Shown: positions 1-11,574 of the stretch, piece after piece
Numbering within the stretch: position 1 is the first letter of the stretch
How the letters are laid out: each line of letters opens with the position of its first letter
Origin: an uncultured Verrucomicrobiae bacterium
GTDB lineage: Bacteria > Verrucomicrobiota > Verrucomicrobiia > Limisphaerales > Palsa-1400
NCBI GenBank assembly: GCA_963707025.1
Contig: CAVPOM010000006.1
Location: forward strand, 512,001-576,000
Length of the DNA: 64,000 nt
Direction: 5' to 3'
Translations under genes and position numbers: made by a program
Notes under the pieces: generated by a model
The model's input: the letters and a program-made list of their open reading frames with translations, nothing else
Databases searched by the model: none
Told to the model about the DNA's origin: nothing

Positions 1-281
1 GCATCGAAGAACCGGAACTGGGATTGCACCCGGACATCCTGCCCAAACTGGCCGACTTGCTGGTGGCGTCTTCCCAGCGAGCGCAGATCATCGTGACCAC
101 TCATTCGGACATTTTGGTGGACGCGATGACCGAGCGGCCGGAAGCGGTCGTGGTGTGCGAAAAGCACGAAGGGCGAACTGAGATGCGCCGCTTGAAAAAA
201 GACGAATTGGCAAAATGGCTGGAAAAATACCGGCTGGGGCAATTGTGGACCAAAGGACAGCTTGGAGGGACGCGCTGGTGA
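1..281 (+). CDS. ABC/AAA_21-family ATPase, C-terminal fragment (runs off window start)
   Basis: Frame from base 3 reads IEEPELGLHPD (Walker B/D-loop) and IIVTTHS (H-loop), ending LGQLWTKGQLGGTRW; paralog of 27817..29046. Confidence 0.85.
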   Translation, partial: IEEPELGLHPDILPKLADLLVASSQRAQIIVTTHSDILVDAMTERPEAVVVCEKHEGRTEMRRLKKDELAKWLEKYRLGQLWTKGQLGGTRW

Positions 282-874
282 GCGCGATTCTCTATCTGGA
301 GGGAGGCGGCGATTCCAAAGAGTTGCACGCGCGCTGTCGTGAGGGATTCCGCCGGTTGCTGGAGGGCTGTGGTTTTCAGGGTCGGATGCCCCGATTGGTG
401 GCGGGCGGCGGACGCGATGCGGTTTTCGGCGACTTCATCTGCGCGCACACTGGTAAAAAGGCGGACTTCGTCGCCATGTGGATTGACAGCGAGGATTTCC
501 CAGCCGACCTGGAAGCCGCGTGGGCGCACTTGAAAGCTCGCGACGGGTGGACGCAGCCAGCAGAAGCGGAAGAGGATCAGGTTTTATTCATGACGACCTG
601 CATGGAGACCTGGCTCGTCACGGACAGAGTGGCATTGAGAGACTATTTTGGAACTCAATTGCAGGATTCGGCGCTACCGCCTCTTAACCAACTTGAACGG
701 CGAGAACGGCATGACGTTCAGGACAGGCTGGCGCATGCGACCCGCCAATGTGTAAACCCATACTTGAAGGGAAAACGATCATTTGGACTGCTCGCCCAGT
801 TGACCCCGGCGGTTCTGGAGCAGCACCTGCCAAGCTTTGTCAGAGTCCGCCGAATCTTGAACGAGAAGTTGTAA
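278..874 (+). CDS. DUF4276-family (TOPRIM-like) protein
   Basis: GTG overlaps the ATPase stop (GTGA), GGAGG upstream; motifs LYLEGGG, IDSED, CMETWLVTD. Confidence 0.8.
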   Translation: MSAILYLEGGGDSKELHARCREGFRRLLEGCGFQGRMPRLVAGGGRDAVFGDFICAHTGKKADFVAMWIDSEDFPADLEAAWAHLKARDGWTQPAEAEEDQVLFMTTCMETWLVTDRVALRDYFGTQLQDSALPPLNQLERRERHDVQDRLAHATRQCVNPYLKGKRSFGLLAQLTPAVLEQHLPSFVRVRRILNEKL

Positions 875-955
875 CCGGAATTGCGGGCCAGCCTTCGCTT
901 CACTTCGGCGCGGCAAGTTGCCGGTCGCGAGTGCTGAATGGTTTCGGAAGGCACT

Positions 956-3193
956 TTACAATTTCACATCCATTTTTTCCCCTGCAAAGGACACCGTCTT
1001 GGGTGGAGCGGAGGAGCCAGGCAGCTCGACGGCGTAATTTCTGGCGGGGCCGGGCCATTTTATCATGCGGGGGTCCGGTTCCACGGTCAATTGGCGCGCC
1101 CGGTCGTTCCAGTGGAAATGAATCCAAACGGTGCTGGGGTCCGAGCCGTCGCGATAGCCGAGGCTCTGGCCGTCGTCATCGTAAAGGGTGAAATCTCCGT
1201 CGGCGCCGGGATAGACCCGCAGGGTGGTGGGCGCGGTGACGGACTGGGCGGTGAATTGGCGGACGGGATCCAGCGGGATGATGGCGCCGGCGCGGGCGTA
1301 AATGGGCATGGTGGCCAAATCCACGGGGCGATCCACCCATTTTCCGCCCTCGACCTTTTCGCCGGTCCACCAGTCGCGCCAGGTTCCGGCGGGGAGATAG
1401 AGGTGGCGGTTGGTGGCGGCTTTTTCCACGACGGGTGCCACGAGCAGGTCGGCGCCCCAAAGGAATTCATCGCCGAGTTTGGCGGCCTGGGCGTCTTTGG
1501 GATAATGAAGCCAAAGGGCGCGCATGGCGGGAAGGCCGAGGTCAACGGACTGGCGCATCAAGGTGTAATTGTAGGGGAGAAGGCGATAGCGCAGTTCGAG
1601 GTATTGGCGGCAGATGGGTTCGATTTTGTCGTTGTGCAATTCTGATGGGTCCACCACGTCGCGATCTTCGATTGGCCCCATCTCGCCTGTGTTCCATCCC
1701 CAGGGCAGGCGGAGATGCCAGGTGCGGCCGTGGGAACGGAAGAGGGGGTTGAAGGCGGCGAACTCAAACCAGCGCGCGTAGAGTTCGCCGGTCAATTCGC
1801 GGGTGGGCACAAATCCGCCGATGTCCGATCCCCAGAACGGGGTCAAACTCAAGGAACTGTTGAGGCCCACCGGAACGTGAGCAGCGAGTGTGGCCCAGCG
1901 GGATTGGGTGTCGCCGGACCAAATCCAGCCGCCGAAGCGGAAGGCGCCGGCATAGCCGTTGCGATTGAGGCTCCAGGGGCGGACGTTGGGGCGGGCTTGG
2001 AGCGGGCCTTCGTAGTAGCAAAGATGCCGGGCGAGGCGGGCTTCGATGGGCAGTTCGTCGCCGTCGTCGGGCCACCAGGCGTCCACGCCCAGGGCCATGT
2101 CGGCAAGATGCCGTTTCCAATAATTGCCGATGTAGAGGGGACTGGCCGAGTCGTCCGTCATGGTGGCGCCGAAAAGATTGCGGGGCGCGGCGTTGATGTG
2201 CAGGACAACTTTGAAGTGCAAATTGTGGAGGGCGTTGAGTTGTTGGGCCGGATGAGGGAAGGCGTTTGAGTTAAACTCCAGAGAGCCGTGGCCCAGATTC
2301 CAGCCGTTGGTGCAATAGCCGGTGCCGAGGTAGATCACGGCGTCGCAGGGCAGGTTGTCGGCGCGGAGTTTTTCGGCGATGTGCAAGGCGTCCTCCGGTC
2401 CAAGGAGAGTGCGGTGGGATTGCATGTAGCCCAGGACCCACTTGGGTGGCAGGACCGGATGGCCGGTAAGGCGGACGTATTCGGCGAGGGCGTCGGCCGG
2501 TTGGTCCAATTCCGAGAGGTAAACGGTGAGCGGCTCGCGGCCCAGGGCCGGCCTGCGCGGGATGAAAAGACCTTGTTGGCCGCGCAAATCAAATTGTCCC
2601 CACGGGCCGCGCACGAACATGGACCAGCCATCGGCGCCGATCAAAAAAGGCACCGGAATGGTGGCGCCATGGGTGGCGAGCAGGCCGAGCTGGCCATTGA
2701 CCATCTGGTAATTGGTGCCGCGTCGGTCAAATTGATGCTGGCCTTCGCCCAAGCCGTACACCGGCGCGTCGGTATGAAAGCTCATCGCGCCATTGGTGAC
2801 ATCCTCGAAAGCCAGTTCCTGCAGCAGGCTGCCGTCGGCGCGATGGACGGAAATGGTCAGCGGCTGCGCCTTGATCGTAAAACGCATTTTGCCCGCCTGG
2901 ACATCCCGCGTGCCGGCAATGTCGCGCGCGCGAAATTTTTCGGTGATGGGAAAAGAAACAAACGCAGCCGTGGGTGGAACGGGACGGGGCTGTCCCTGAT
3001 CATCGAGCGGGGAGATGACCAGTTGCGCCGTGCGCTCGCTGACTTGGGCGAGGGAGATTTCGCAGTTGGCGCCGGCCCAGAGGAAGGCGGAATTGGTGTC
3101 GGCGCGGGCGGAGAGTTGCGCAGCGCAAAGCAGCCCGGCGAGCAGCGCGAAAATCGGCCGGGCTGAACGCAGGACAGAGTGAGGGAATTTCAT
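956..3193 (-). CDS. Glycoside hydrolase family 31, secreted
   Basis: Signal peptide from MKFPHSV; YGLGEG, LPPKWVLGYMQS, GVDAWWPD, IWSGD, WGSDIGGF, ELYARWFEFAAFNPLFRSHG, LYDDDG. Confidence 0.9.
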   Translation of the reverse strand: MKFPHSVLRSARPIFALLAGLLCAAQLSARADTNSAFLWAGANCEISLAQVSERTAQLVISPLDDQGQPRPVPPTAAFVSFPITEKFRARDIAGTRDVQAGKMRFTIKAQPLTISVHRADGSLLQELAFEDVTNGAMSFHTDAPVYGLGEGQHQFDRRGTNYQMVNGQLGLLATHGATIPVPFLIGADGWSMFVRGPWGQFDLRGQQGLFIPRRPALGREPLTVYLSELDQPADALAEYVRLTGHPVLPPKWVLGYMQSHRTLLGPEDALHIAEKLRADNLPCDAVIYLGTGYCTNGWNLGHGSLEFNSNAFPHPAQQLNALHNLHFKVVLHINAAPRNLFGATMTDDSASPLYIGNYWKRHLADMALGVDAWWPDDGDELPIEARLARHLCYYEGPLQARPNVRPWSLNRNGYAGAFRFGGWIWSGDTQSRWATLAAHVPVGLNSSLSLTPFWGSDIGGFVPTRELTGELYARWFEFAAFNPLFRSHGRTWHLRLPWGWNTGEMGPIEDRDVVDPSELHNDKIEPICRQYLELRYRLLPYNYTLMRQSVDLGLPAMRALWLHYPKDAQAAKLGDEFLWGADLLVAPVVEKAATNRHLYLPAGTWRDWWTGEKVEGGKWVDRPVDLATMPIYARAGAIIPLDPVRQFTAQSVTAPTTLRVYPGADGDFTLYDDDGQSLGYRDGSDPSTVWIHFHWNDRARQLTVEPDPRMIKWPGPARNYAVELPGSSAPPKTVSFAGEKMDVKL

Positions 3194-3297
3194 TAGGGTA
3201 AGGCGGATTGTTAGCGAGCTGTTTGTCTTGCGCAATGAGAAAACGGCAGACCCGGGGACTTGCGATTGATTTGTTCCGGCCTTTTGCATTCTGCATT

Positions 3298-6200
3298 TTA
3301 AGGCGGCGGTTTGGCGGGGTCGGACGATTGGCCGGCGGCGGGGTGGGTTTTTTTGTGGAAAGGTTCGAGGATGAGGGTGAGGGCCTTGGGAATGTAAAGG
3401 GGACGGTAGGTGGGGGCATCGAGGGTGCCGCCGACTTTGTATTCGAACAACTTGCTCAACGGGGCAACGGCCCAACTGAAAACATGGCCGAGAATGGGGA
3501 AGTCGCGCAGGACCTGGGCCTCGACGCGGGCGTCGAGTTGCTTTTCCGTGTTCAAGGTGCCGCGATAAAGGAGGCGAAAATCGGTGGAGCGGATTTGCAG
3601 GTTGTCGGTCGCGACCAGGCCGTTGGTCAGGACAAAATCGGCCGTGGCCTGATAGGCGCGGTTGTTGCCGGAGCCGGGGATGATGCCGTTGAGCATGGGG
3701 GAGAAAATGCCGAAGAGCCGGATGTTCCAGAGCACGGCGTGATTGACCGAGAGGTGGCCGGAACCGGTCCAGCTTTTTTTGTTGGCGGAACCGCCGCCGG
3801 TGATAAAAACGTGGCCTTCCAGCACGCCTTCCAGGCGTTTGGATTTTGCATTCCATCCCTGCACCAGCGCAGGCAGTTGGATGCCGGCCAAAAAGACCTG
3901 CCCGCGAAATTTAGTTCCCATTTTAGGGTCGTGGTCAAAAACGCCCCAACCCTGCAAGGTTCCCTCGTAGAGGCCCGCCTGGATATTGGTCAGGGCGACG
4001 CTTTGGCCGGTCCAATTCACCTCGCCGGAGGCCGTCCCGGCCAGCAGTTTGGTGTAACGGAAATTGTGGCCGGACACGGCAAAATGCAGGTCGGTCGCCA
4101 TCGGGTCGTGGAGGACAAAGGATCCCCCGGCCCGGATGGACGGCGGGGTGTCAAATCCAATGGCCCGGAGCCAAGACGGGGCCTGCGCGCCGAGCAAGCG
4201 CACGGCGATGTTCTTGTCGAGGGTGCTGACGACGTTGCTCAGGGAAATTCTTTTGGCGTTCCAATCCATCTCGGCCAACGGCGCCGCCAGTTCACCGCCG
4301 TCCTTGAAAAGGCGGGCGTCCCTGAGCCGGAGAAGAAGATTGGTGTATTCCAGCGCGGTTTCCAGGCCGTCCACTTTTTCGCCGCGGAAGGTCAAATTGG
4401 TGGCGGCCAGCCGGGCGTTGCCGGCCAGATTTGCCGGTTCGTCCCACGGGCCGCGGATGGCCACCGTGGCCTCCAGGCCGTCCACCGTTTCGCCGTGGGC
4501 GGTGAAATTGGTGGCGGCCAGCCGGGCGTTGACGGCCAGTTTTGCCGGTTCATGCCAGCGGCCGCTGATTTCGGCGTGGATGATGGGCGGATTGGTTTCG
4601 GAAAAGACCGCCTCGTCCAGGAGCGGCTGTTGCTTCTCCGGCAGGAGCGGACGGAGGCCGGCGGGGTCGAGATGCGAGTCAATAATAAAAGAAAAGGCGC
4701 CGGTTTCATCGCTGGCGGTGAAAGCCACATCGGCCTGGCCGCCGGGCCGGACCAGATGGAGGCGGGGGATGTCCCAGACCTGGTTGGAATAGGCCAGGCG
4801 GGCTTGGACGGAGTCGAGGGAAAACCCGCGAAAGGAGGAGGGGCCGAGGGAAAAATCCCCGGTCAATTGGAGCGAAGGCAGCAGGCGGTCGGCCCAATCG
4901 GGCGGCCGGTTGGTCCAGGAGGGCAGCAGGACGCGGGCCTGCAAGGCGGCCCGGGGCGGGCGTTGCCACTGGATTTCCCGGAGCCGGGTTTGCAGAACGG
5001 CGGGGAGGAGATGGGAAAGCTGGTGCGCCTCAAAATCAAAGCTCGCGCCGGCGTTGAGTTGGCGCGTGGCGACGTCCAGACGGGCGCGGCCCGACAAGGC
5101 CCCGCTGTAAAGCGAGGCGTCCACGTTTGTCAAGACGAGTTCCGGGGCGCGCCAGGAGCCGGCGCAGAGGAAGCGGTCCAATTGCAGGTCGGGAGTGACG
5201 ACCTTGCCCAGGTCGGCCTGCCAGTCCAGGGCCCAACGGTTGAGATTGGCCCAGAAACCCCAGGAAGCATCGGCGGCCGGGGAGCCCGGGACCTTGGCGA
5301 CGCTGCAGGTGACGGCGGCGGAGCCGGATGAGCCCCAGCGTGTGCCAAGACGGGCGGCCTGCAATTCCCCGGACGCGGCCAGCAACACCAGAGGAGAGGG
5401 TTGCAGCGTCACGCTGCCATGCCAAGTGAGGCTGGAGGCCTTGAGTTCGTTGGTTTCGGCGCCTCCGGCCGGGCGGCCCGCGAAATCGGCGACGGTAAAG
5501 TCCACGGCGGCTTGCAAATTTGATCCGGCGGCGCGGAAAATGTCGGCCGTCAAATCCAGGCGCGTGCCCTGCGCCTGGGGCGTGGTGAAAGCGCTGGCGA
5601 AGAGGCGGGCTTTGACGAACGGGCTGGAGCCGGGGTGGATCGGCCTGGCGCAGTCGGCCGCCAGGTTTAATCCCGCGGCCTGGCCCCAGGGAGTTTGGAC
5701 GCCATCGGAATCGAGCGATATTCTCATGCGCAGCGTGTCGGGATCGCGCCCGTCGGCGGTCAGGTTGAGGTCCAGGCGGGGCGGGGCCGGGAAATGGATT
5801 TGATTGAAGGTGGCAGCGAACTGGCGCAGGGAATTCTGCGGCGGGGCGGCGGCGGGCGCGGGGTTGGTGGCGGAGGGGATTGGGTTGGTGGCGGCGGGCC
5901 AGAGGTTGACCTTGCGGGTGGCCATAAAGTTGGTGACCGTGCCGCGCAGGGTCAATTGAATGCCGTGGAAGGAGGCATGGCCGTTGCGGAGTTGGATGGT
6001 ATCGTTGGGCAGCAACGCCAGGTCCAGGTAAACATCGTTGACAGCGATGGAATCGCCGGCGGCTTCGGAGAAGGGGAGCAGGAGGCTGCCTTGGGAGATG
6101 AGCAAGGCATCCAGGCTGACGCGGCGGCGGAGGAGTTTGGCCAGGTTGAGCCGGACGCGGGTTTGACCGGCGGACAGGCGGGGGCTGAGCGGCCGGTCGG

Positions 6201-6459
6201 AGCGGTGAAAGGCGGCGTTATCCACCACCACGTCCGGCCCCCAGCCCAGGCGGGCGCTGGTGAATTGCACCTCAAATCCGCGCTCGCTCAGGTGGTCCAG
6301 CAGGTCCCGTTTCAGGAAATCGGGCAGGCCGACCAGATGGAGATAAGCCCCGGCGGCCACCAGCAGAAAAATGGCGAACCAGATCGTAATGCGCACCCAG
6401 CGAAAGACGGCGCGGCAACGGCGGAAGGACCGGCTTTTGAAGATGGCGGCAAGGGACAT
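3298..6459 (-). CDS. AsmA-like C-terminal domain protein (YhdP/TamB-like)
   Basis: N-terminal TM anchor, long beta-rich body, C-terminal LFEYKVGGTLDAP; start taken at MSLAAIF. Confidence 0.7.
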   Translation of the reverse strand: MSLAAIFKSRSFRRCRAVFRWVRITIWFAIFLLVAAGAYLHLVGLPDFLKRDLLDHLSERGFEVQFTSARLGWGPDVVVDNAAFHRSDRPLSPRLSAGQTRVRLNLAKLLRRRVSLDALLISQGSLLLPFSEAAGDSIAVNDVYLDLALLPNDTIQLRNGHASFHGIQLTLRGTVTNFMATRKVNLWPAATNPIPSATNPAPAAAPPQNSLRQFAATFNQIHFPAPPRLDLNLTADGRDPDTLRMRISLDSDGVQTPWGQAAGLNLAADCARPIHPGSSPFVKARLFASAFTTPQAQGTRLDLTADIFRAAGSNLQAAVDFTVADFAGRPAGGAETNELKASSLTWHGSVTLQPSPLVLLAASGELQAARLGTRWGSSGSAAVTCSVAKVPGSPAADASWGFWANLNRWALDWQADLGKVVTPDLQLDRFLCAGSWRAPELVLTNVDASLYSGALSGRARLDVATRQLNAGASFDFEAHQLSHLLPAVLQTRLREIQWQRPPRAALQARVLLPSWTNRPPDWADRLLPSLQLTGDFSLGPSSFRGFSLDSVQARLAYSNQVWDIPRLHLVRPGGQADVAFTASDETGAFSFIIDSHLDPAGLRPLLPEKQQPLLDEAVFSETNPPIIHAEISGRWHEPAKLAVNARLAATNFTAHGETVDGLEATVAIRGPWDEPANLAGNARLAATNLTFRGEKVDGLETALEYTNLLLRLRDARLFKDGGELAAPLAEMDWNAKRISLSNVVSTLDKNIAVRLLGAQAPSWLRAIGFDTPPSIRAGGSFVLHDPMATDLHFAVSGHNFRYTKLLAGTASGEVNWTGQSVALTNIQAGLYEGTLQGWGVFDHDPKMGTKFRGQVFLAGIQLPALVQGWNAKSKRLEGVLEGHVFITGGGSANKKSWTGSGHLSVNHAVLWNIRLFGIFSPMLNGIIPGSGNNRAYQATADFVLTNGLVATDNLQIRSTDFRLLYRGTLNTEKQLDARVEAQVLRDFPILGHVFSWAVAPLSKLFEYKVGGTLDAPTYRPLYIPKALTLILEPFHKKTHPAAGQSSDPAKPPP
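4349..4570 (-). repeat. In-frame tandem duplication, 111-bp period (37 aa)
   Basis: WHEPAKLAVNARLAATNFTAHGETVDGLE followed by WDEPANLAGNARLAATNLTFRGEKVDGLE. Confidence 0.9.
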
Positions 6460-6463
6460 AGGC

Positions 6464-8338
6464 CTATTGGCGCCAGCGGTCCGGCGAAGGAATGCCCAGG
6501 TAACGGACCACCAGGTTGGAGTACAAATCAACCGGAAATTCAAAAATCAGCCGCCGCCCGTCGCGCAGAACCGAGGCGTAGGGATGGAGGTAAGGGGATG
6601 GCTTGCCGAATTGGATGGTGTTGGTTTCGATTTGCCCGTTTGTTTTGATTTCCAAGGCGATCTGGTAATCGGTCTGGTCGAAACCAAACCGCTCCAGATG
6701 ATCGTCGCCCTCGCCGCTCCAATAGATGGCGGTCAACTGCCCCAGGCGATAGAGCGTTTCCTCGATGGCGGGCTGCACCGGAACGAGCAGGGAACCGGGC
6801 GGCAGGGTCCATTGGTCATTGGTGCCGCGGGTCAAACGGAGGTGGTGGCCCAGTTGATGAATGTCAATGGCGACAACCTGGTTGGACTGGAAACGCCAGA
6901 TGGCGCGGTCGCGCAACTGCCAGAAGGCGTTGGGCAGGAAGTCGAATTGCCGGGGATCAAGGGAATTGACGTAGAGCTCGTCGTTGCCCATCTCGAAGAT
7001 CTTTGGAGGCTGGTTGGTGCCCAGGCCAAAGAGCAGGTCCGCCTGGAGCGGGTTGGCCTGGCCGGCGGGGCGGGCGTAAATGAACTGATAGTGCAGCAGC
7101 GCGCTGGCGGGATTGTCCAGTCCGTAAGGGGATTTGTCGGCGACCGGGGAGAGTCCAGGGACAACCTGGAGGTTGGTCAAGGCGGAGAGCCATTCCTTCA
7201 TGAGTAATTCGTCCGCCAGGAAGGTTTGGCCGTTGGTGCAAGACAGGCGCCAGAAGCCCTCGGCGGTTTTTTGCACGGTAAAAGTCGCAATGCCCCCGCC
7301 TGAAACCTCGATGGAAGCGATCCAGCCCGGCTCCAGGCTGAGGAGATGGCGGTCGAGAAAATTGGTGTAATTGCCGGCCCAGGGCAGGAGCGGCGCTTTT
7401 TCAATCTCGATCAGGCCGGGCGGTTGCAGCCGGCGGGCATAGGCCAGGTTGGTCTGGCCGGCGGGACTGCCGCCCACCTGCAATTCGAAAGCCTTGTTGG
7501 TTTCGCTGGAGTCGCGCAGAAAAGTCAATACTAATTGCTGGGTGGGCGGAGGGCCGGGCATGCCGGAGGGGTCCGTTTCCTGCGTGTTGTCCGGGAGGAA
7601 CCCTTGCACGCGCAGGGCCAGAAGTTGTCCGAGCCATTGGTTGATCTTGGGCGAGTCGGCGCGGGCCTGGATTGGCTTGGTCATTTTCCAGAGGAGGCTG
7701 GCCGGGTCCACTTCCAGGGACATCAATTCCACGTTGGTGGAGTGGACTTGGAGTTTCTGGAAAGGAGCGCCGGCCAGAGGCAGCACCGTCCGGTCGCGCC
7801 ACTGGAGCTGGTTGGTGGGAATCCAGTTGAGCACCTCGGGGCTGGCCACCAGAATCTGATCGCTGCCCCGGGCGTTTAAATATACCTGGTCCGCCGCCGG
7901 GGAGAGGTGGCCGATCTTCAAGGTGCGTTCCCGGCCGTTTTCCTGGAGGAGGAGGGTGAACTGGTCGTTGACCAGCCCGTATTCCTCGAAGGAACTGGGG
8001 TGGTCAATGGACGATTGCCAATCCCATTGCGCCAGTTCTTGCAGGAGTTTCTCGATCAAGGCCCCGGCGGCCGGATAGGCATCCGGCTTGGTCAACTGCC
8101 AGAGTTGATTGGTCTTATCGGCGCGGATGCTGCGCGCGCCGCCCGCGACCTGAACCTCCACGGCGGTGATTTTGGCGGGGTCCAATTCCGGCAGGACCCG
8201 GCGGGTGGGCGGAATGAGGGCGGCCTGGCGGAGGGGCCGTTCCACCCAATAAATAAAAGCGAACAGCACAGCGGCGGCGGCGAGAAGAAGGCCGGTGGAT
8301 TTGGTGTTCACGGGGTTCTCCAGGCCTGAAGCATTCAA
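6464..8338 (-). CDS. DUF4340-domain protein
   Basis: N-terminal TM helix; three repeated modules with EEYGL/SPYGL/ERFGF and WRDR/LRDR motifs; follows GldG-like gene; start may be GTG 8311. Confidence 0.75.
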   Translation of the reverse strand: MNASGLENPVNTKSTGLLLAAAAVLFAFIYWVERPLRQAALIPPTRRVLPELDPAKITAVEVQVAGGARSIRADKTNQLWQLTKPDAYPAAGALIEKLLQELAQWDWQSSIDHPSSFEEYGLVNDQFTLLLQENGRERTLKIGHLSPAADQVYLNARGSDQILVASPEVLNWIPTNQLQWRDRTVLPLAGAPFQKLQVHSTNVELMSLEVDPASLLWKMTKPIQARADSPKINQWLGQLLALRVQGFLPDNTQETDPSGMPGPPPTQQLVLTFLRDSSETNKAFELQVGGSPAGQTNLAYARRLQPPGLIEIEKAPLLPWAGNYTNFLDRHLLSLEPGWIASIEVSGGGIATFTVQKTAEGFWRLSCTNGQTFLADELLMKEWLSALTNLQVVPGLSPVADKSPYGLDNPASALLHYQFIYARPAGQANPLQADLLFGLGTNQPPKIFEMGNDELYVNSLDPRQFDFLPNAFWQLRDRAIWRFQSNQVVAIDIHQLGHHLRLTRGTNDQWTLPPGSLLVPVQPAIEETLYRLGQLTAIYWSGEGDDHLERFGFDQTDYQIALEIKTNGQIETNTIQFGKPSPYLHPYASVLRDGRRLIFEFPVDLYSNLVVRYLGIPSPDRWRQ

Positions 8339-9855
8339 CTGCGGCGGCGCAGCCAGACCAGGCTGCCCAGGAAAAGGACCGAGCCGGGCATGGCCGCCAG
8401 AAACAGCCAGCCCAGCTGCCGTCTTTGCGACTGGGGCATGAAGAGCTGGTATTCCTTGATGGGACGCGGCCCAACGCCCGCCACCAGCGCCCCCGGCCGC
8501 TGCAGAAGCCAGTCCAGAGTCTGGCTGGCGAAGGTATGGTTGGCGGCGCTGTCAATCAGTTGGTCGTCCAAAAAATCAGAGTCACCGGCCACGACGATGC
8601 GGGTGCCGCCCAGGCCGTTGATGACGTTGTGTTCGATGGCGGCGATGAGGACGTATTGCGCGGGCGCCAGCGGGCTTCCGTTGGTGCCGGTGACCACCGG
8701 CTGCTCGCCCGGCAGTTGAATTCCCATGGGGCCGGTGGCGGCCACGGCCGTGAGAGTGGGCGCGCCCGGATCGCGGGGTTTGTCCGGGGGCCGGAAGATA
8801 GGATGAGGGGCGAGCATGTGAATGTTGAGATGTTCCCAGAACAGCGCACTCATAATCGGGTGCAGGGAACCGCTGTCCTTGCCCACCGCCGGGGTCGCCA
8901 GAAAATCGCCGCCGCTGCTCCAGACCGCCGGGTTCCGATCAATGACATGCCAGTTGGCCAGGATGACGTTCCACTCCGCCAGGAGCCGATCCAGCCCTTC
9001 GGTGTTGTCCAGCAGCGCCAGCAACCGGCCATTGCCGTGGTCCAAATAGGTCTGGATTTGGGACAGTTCATGGGGGGAAAGGTAGGCTTTGGGCTGGCTG
9101 CCGCGGGTGGCAATGATGAGCAGGTTGCAATCCGCCGGAATGGAATCGGTCTGGGTCAAAGCCAGGGTGCTCCAGTCGCAGGCCAATTCATCCTTGAGGA
9201 TGGCGGCCAGATTGGTGCAGCCCGAGCCGTCCGATTGGGACTGATCGGTCGGGTCGCGCTCGCCATGACCGGTGAGGAAACAGGCTTTCTGGCTCACCGG
9301 GTGGCTGAGGAAATTGATGGCGGCGGTGAAGTACATCTCACCCCGGAAGGCGGTGCGGCGAATTTCCCGGTTTTGCAGCAGGTCGTTCAAATTGTAATCC
9401 ACCAGTTTGCTTTCCGCGAAAATCTGGTGATGGCCGTCGCTCTCGAAGGCGACGAAGTTCTTTCGATCCGGCGCCAGATGGAGCCGGCCCAGCAAATTGC
9501 GCGCTTCCTCCGGGGATCGGATGTAGTCCAGGTCCACCTTGTGAATATGGGCGGGGTTGGCCTGCTGGTACTCGGCCAGCAGGGCGGCGACCATGGTGTA
9601 AACATCGGCCCTGTGCTCGTAGAAAATGGTGACGGTAACGTCATTGGTCAGGGCTTTCAAGACGCGCAGGGTGGCGGGGGAGAGTTTGGAATTGGTGGCC
9701 TCGGCCCAGAAGAAGCGTTTGAAATGTCCCTGGGCCAGGTAGTTGCACATGACCACCAGGGCCAGGGTGGCGGCGGTGGCCAGGAGCAGATTCAGGGTGG
9801 TGAGCCAGCGGCGGCCCTGGGAGAAACCGGAAGGATGGGAATCGGGCGGCGGCAT
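8335..9855 (-). CDS. GldG-like ABC transporter auxiliary component
   Basis: LSPATLRVLKAL, FLTGHGE, RIVVAGDSDF, C-terminal TM ending WLRRRS. Confidence 0.85.
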   Translation of the reverse strand: MPPPDSHPSGFSQGRRWLTTLNLLLATAATLALVVMCNYLAQGHFKRFFWAEATNSKLSPATLRVLKALTNDVTVTIFYEHRADVYTMVAALLAEYQQANPAHIHKVDLDYIRSPEEARNLLGRLHLAPDRKNFVAFESDGHHQIFAESKLVDYNLNDLLQNREIRRTAFRGEMYFTAAINFLSHPVSQKACFLTGHGERDPTDQSQSDGSGCTNLAAILKDELACDWSTLALTQTDSIPADCNLLIIATRGSQPKAYLSPHELSQIQTYLDHGNGRLLALLDNTEGLDRLLAEWNVILANWHVIDRNPAVWSSGGDFLATPAVGKDSGSLHPIMSALFWEHLNIHMLAPHPIFRPPDKPRDPGAPTLTAVAATGPMGIQLPGEQPVVTGTNGSPLAPAQYVLIAAIEHNVINGLGGTRIVVAGDSDFLDDQLIDSAANHTFASQTLDWLLQRPGALVAGVGPRPIKEYQLFMPQSQRRQLGWLFLAAMPGSVLFLGSLVWLRRRS

Positions 9856-9856
9856 G

Positions 9857-10608
9857 TTATCTCCAGCGGCGGCTTTGCACCACGCGGTGGGTGAGGAACA
9901 AAAAGAAGGCGCTCGAAGTCAAGTAGAAAACCAGGCAGCGCGTGTCCACCACCCCCTTGGCGAAATCCTCCATGTGCGACCGCAGGCAGAGGTAGTTGAG
10001 GGTGGCGGTGGCCCAGGTCTGCTCCACCGCCAGCCGGTCGGCCGCATAACTGAGGATGAACAGGCCCAGGCCCAGGGCAAAGGCGATGACGGCGGCCACA
10101 ATTTGGCTGCCGGTCAGCGAGGAGGCGAAGCAGCCCAAACTCATGAAAAGGGTCCCCAGGAGGAAGAGCCCCAAAAAGGTGGCGGCGAGCGTGCCGGGAT
10201 CCAGGAAGGTCGGGTCGTGGGCGGCATGACTCAGAATAAAAATGAACCCCAGCAGCGGCAGCCAGATGATGCAGTAGAGAAGGAGGGCGGCGCTGAATTT
10301 GGCCAGGACCACCGCCAGGTCGCTCACCGGGGTGGTCATGAGGGTTTCGAAGGTGCCGGAAGCTTTTTCCAGGGCAAAGAGCCGCATGGTGATGACCGGG
10401 GCGGAAAAAAGCAGGATCAGCCAGAGGTATTCCGAACGCAGGAACAATTCGGTGACCGGCGCGGGGGTGGGGATCTGTTGGAGGTTGGCCACCACGATGA
10501 CGAAGCTCAGGCCCATGAGGAAGACGGCCCCGGCGATGACGACATAGCCGATCCAGGAGAAAAAGAAGGCGGCCAGTTCCCGCCGGGTCAAAGTCAGGTA
10601 GGCCCGCA

Positions 10609-10609
<1 letters not shown>
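9857..10609 (-). CDS. GldF-like ABC-2 permease
   Basis: RRELAAFF, ITMRLFALEKASGTFETLMTTPV, LAKF; six hydrophobic helices. Confidence 0.9.
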
Positions 10610-11574
<965 letters not shown>

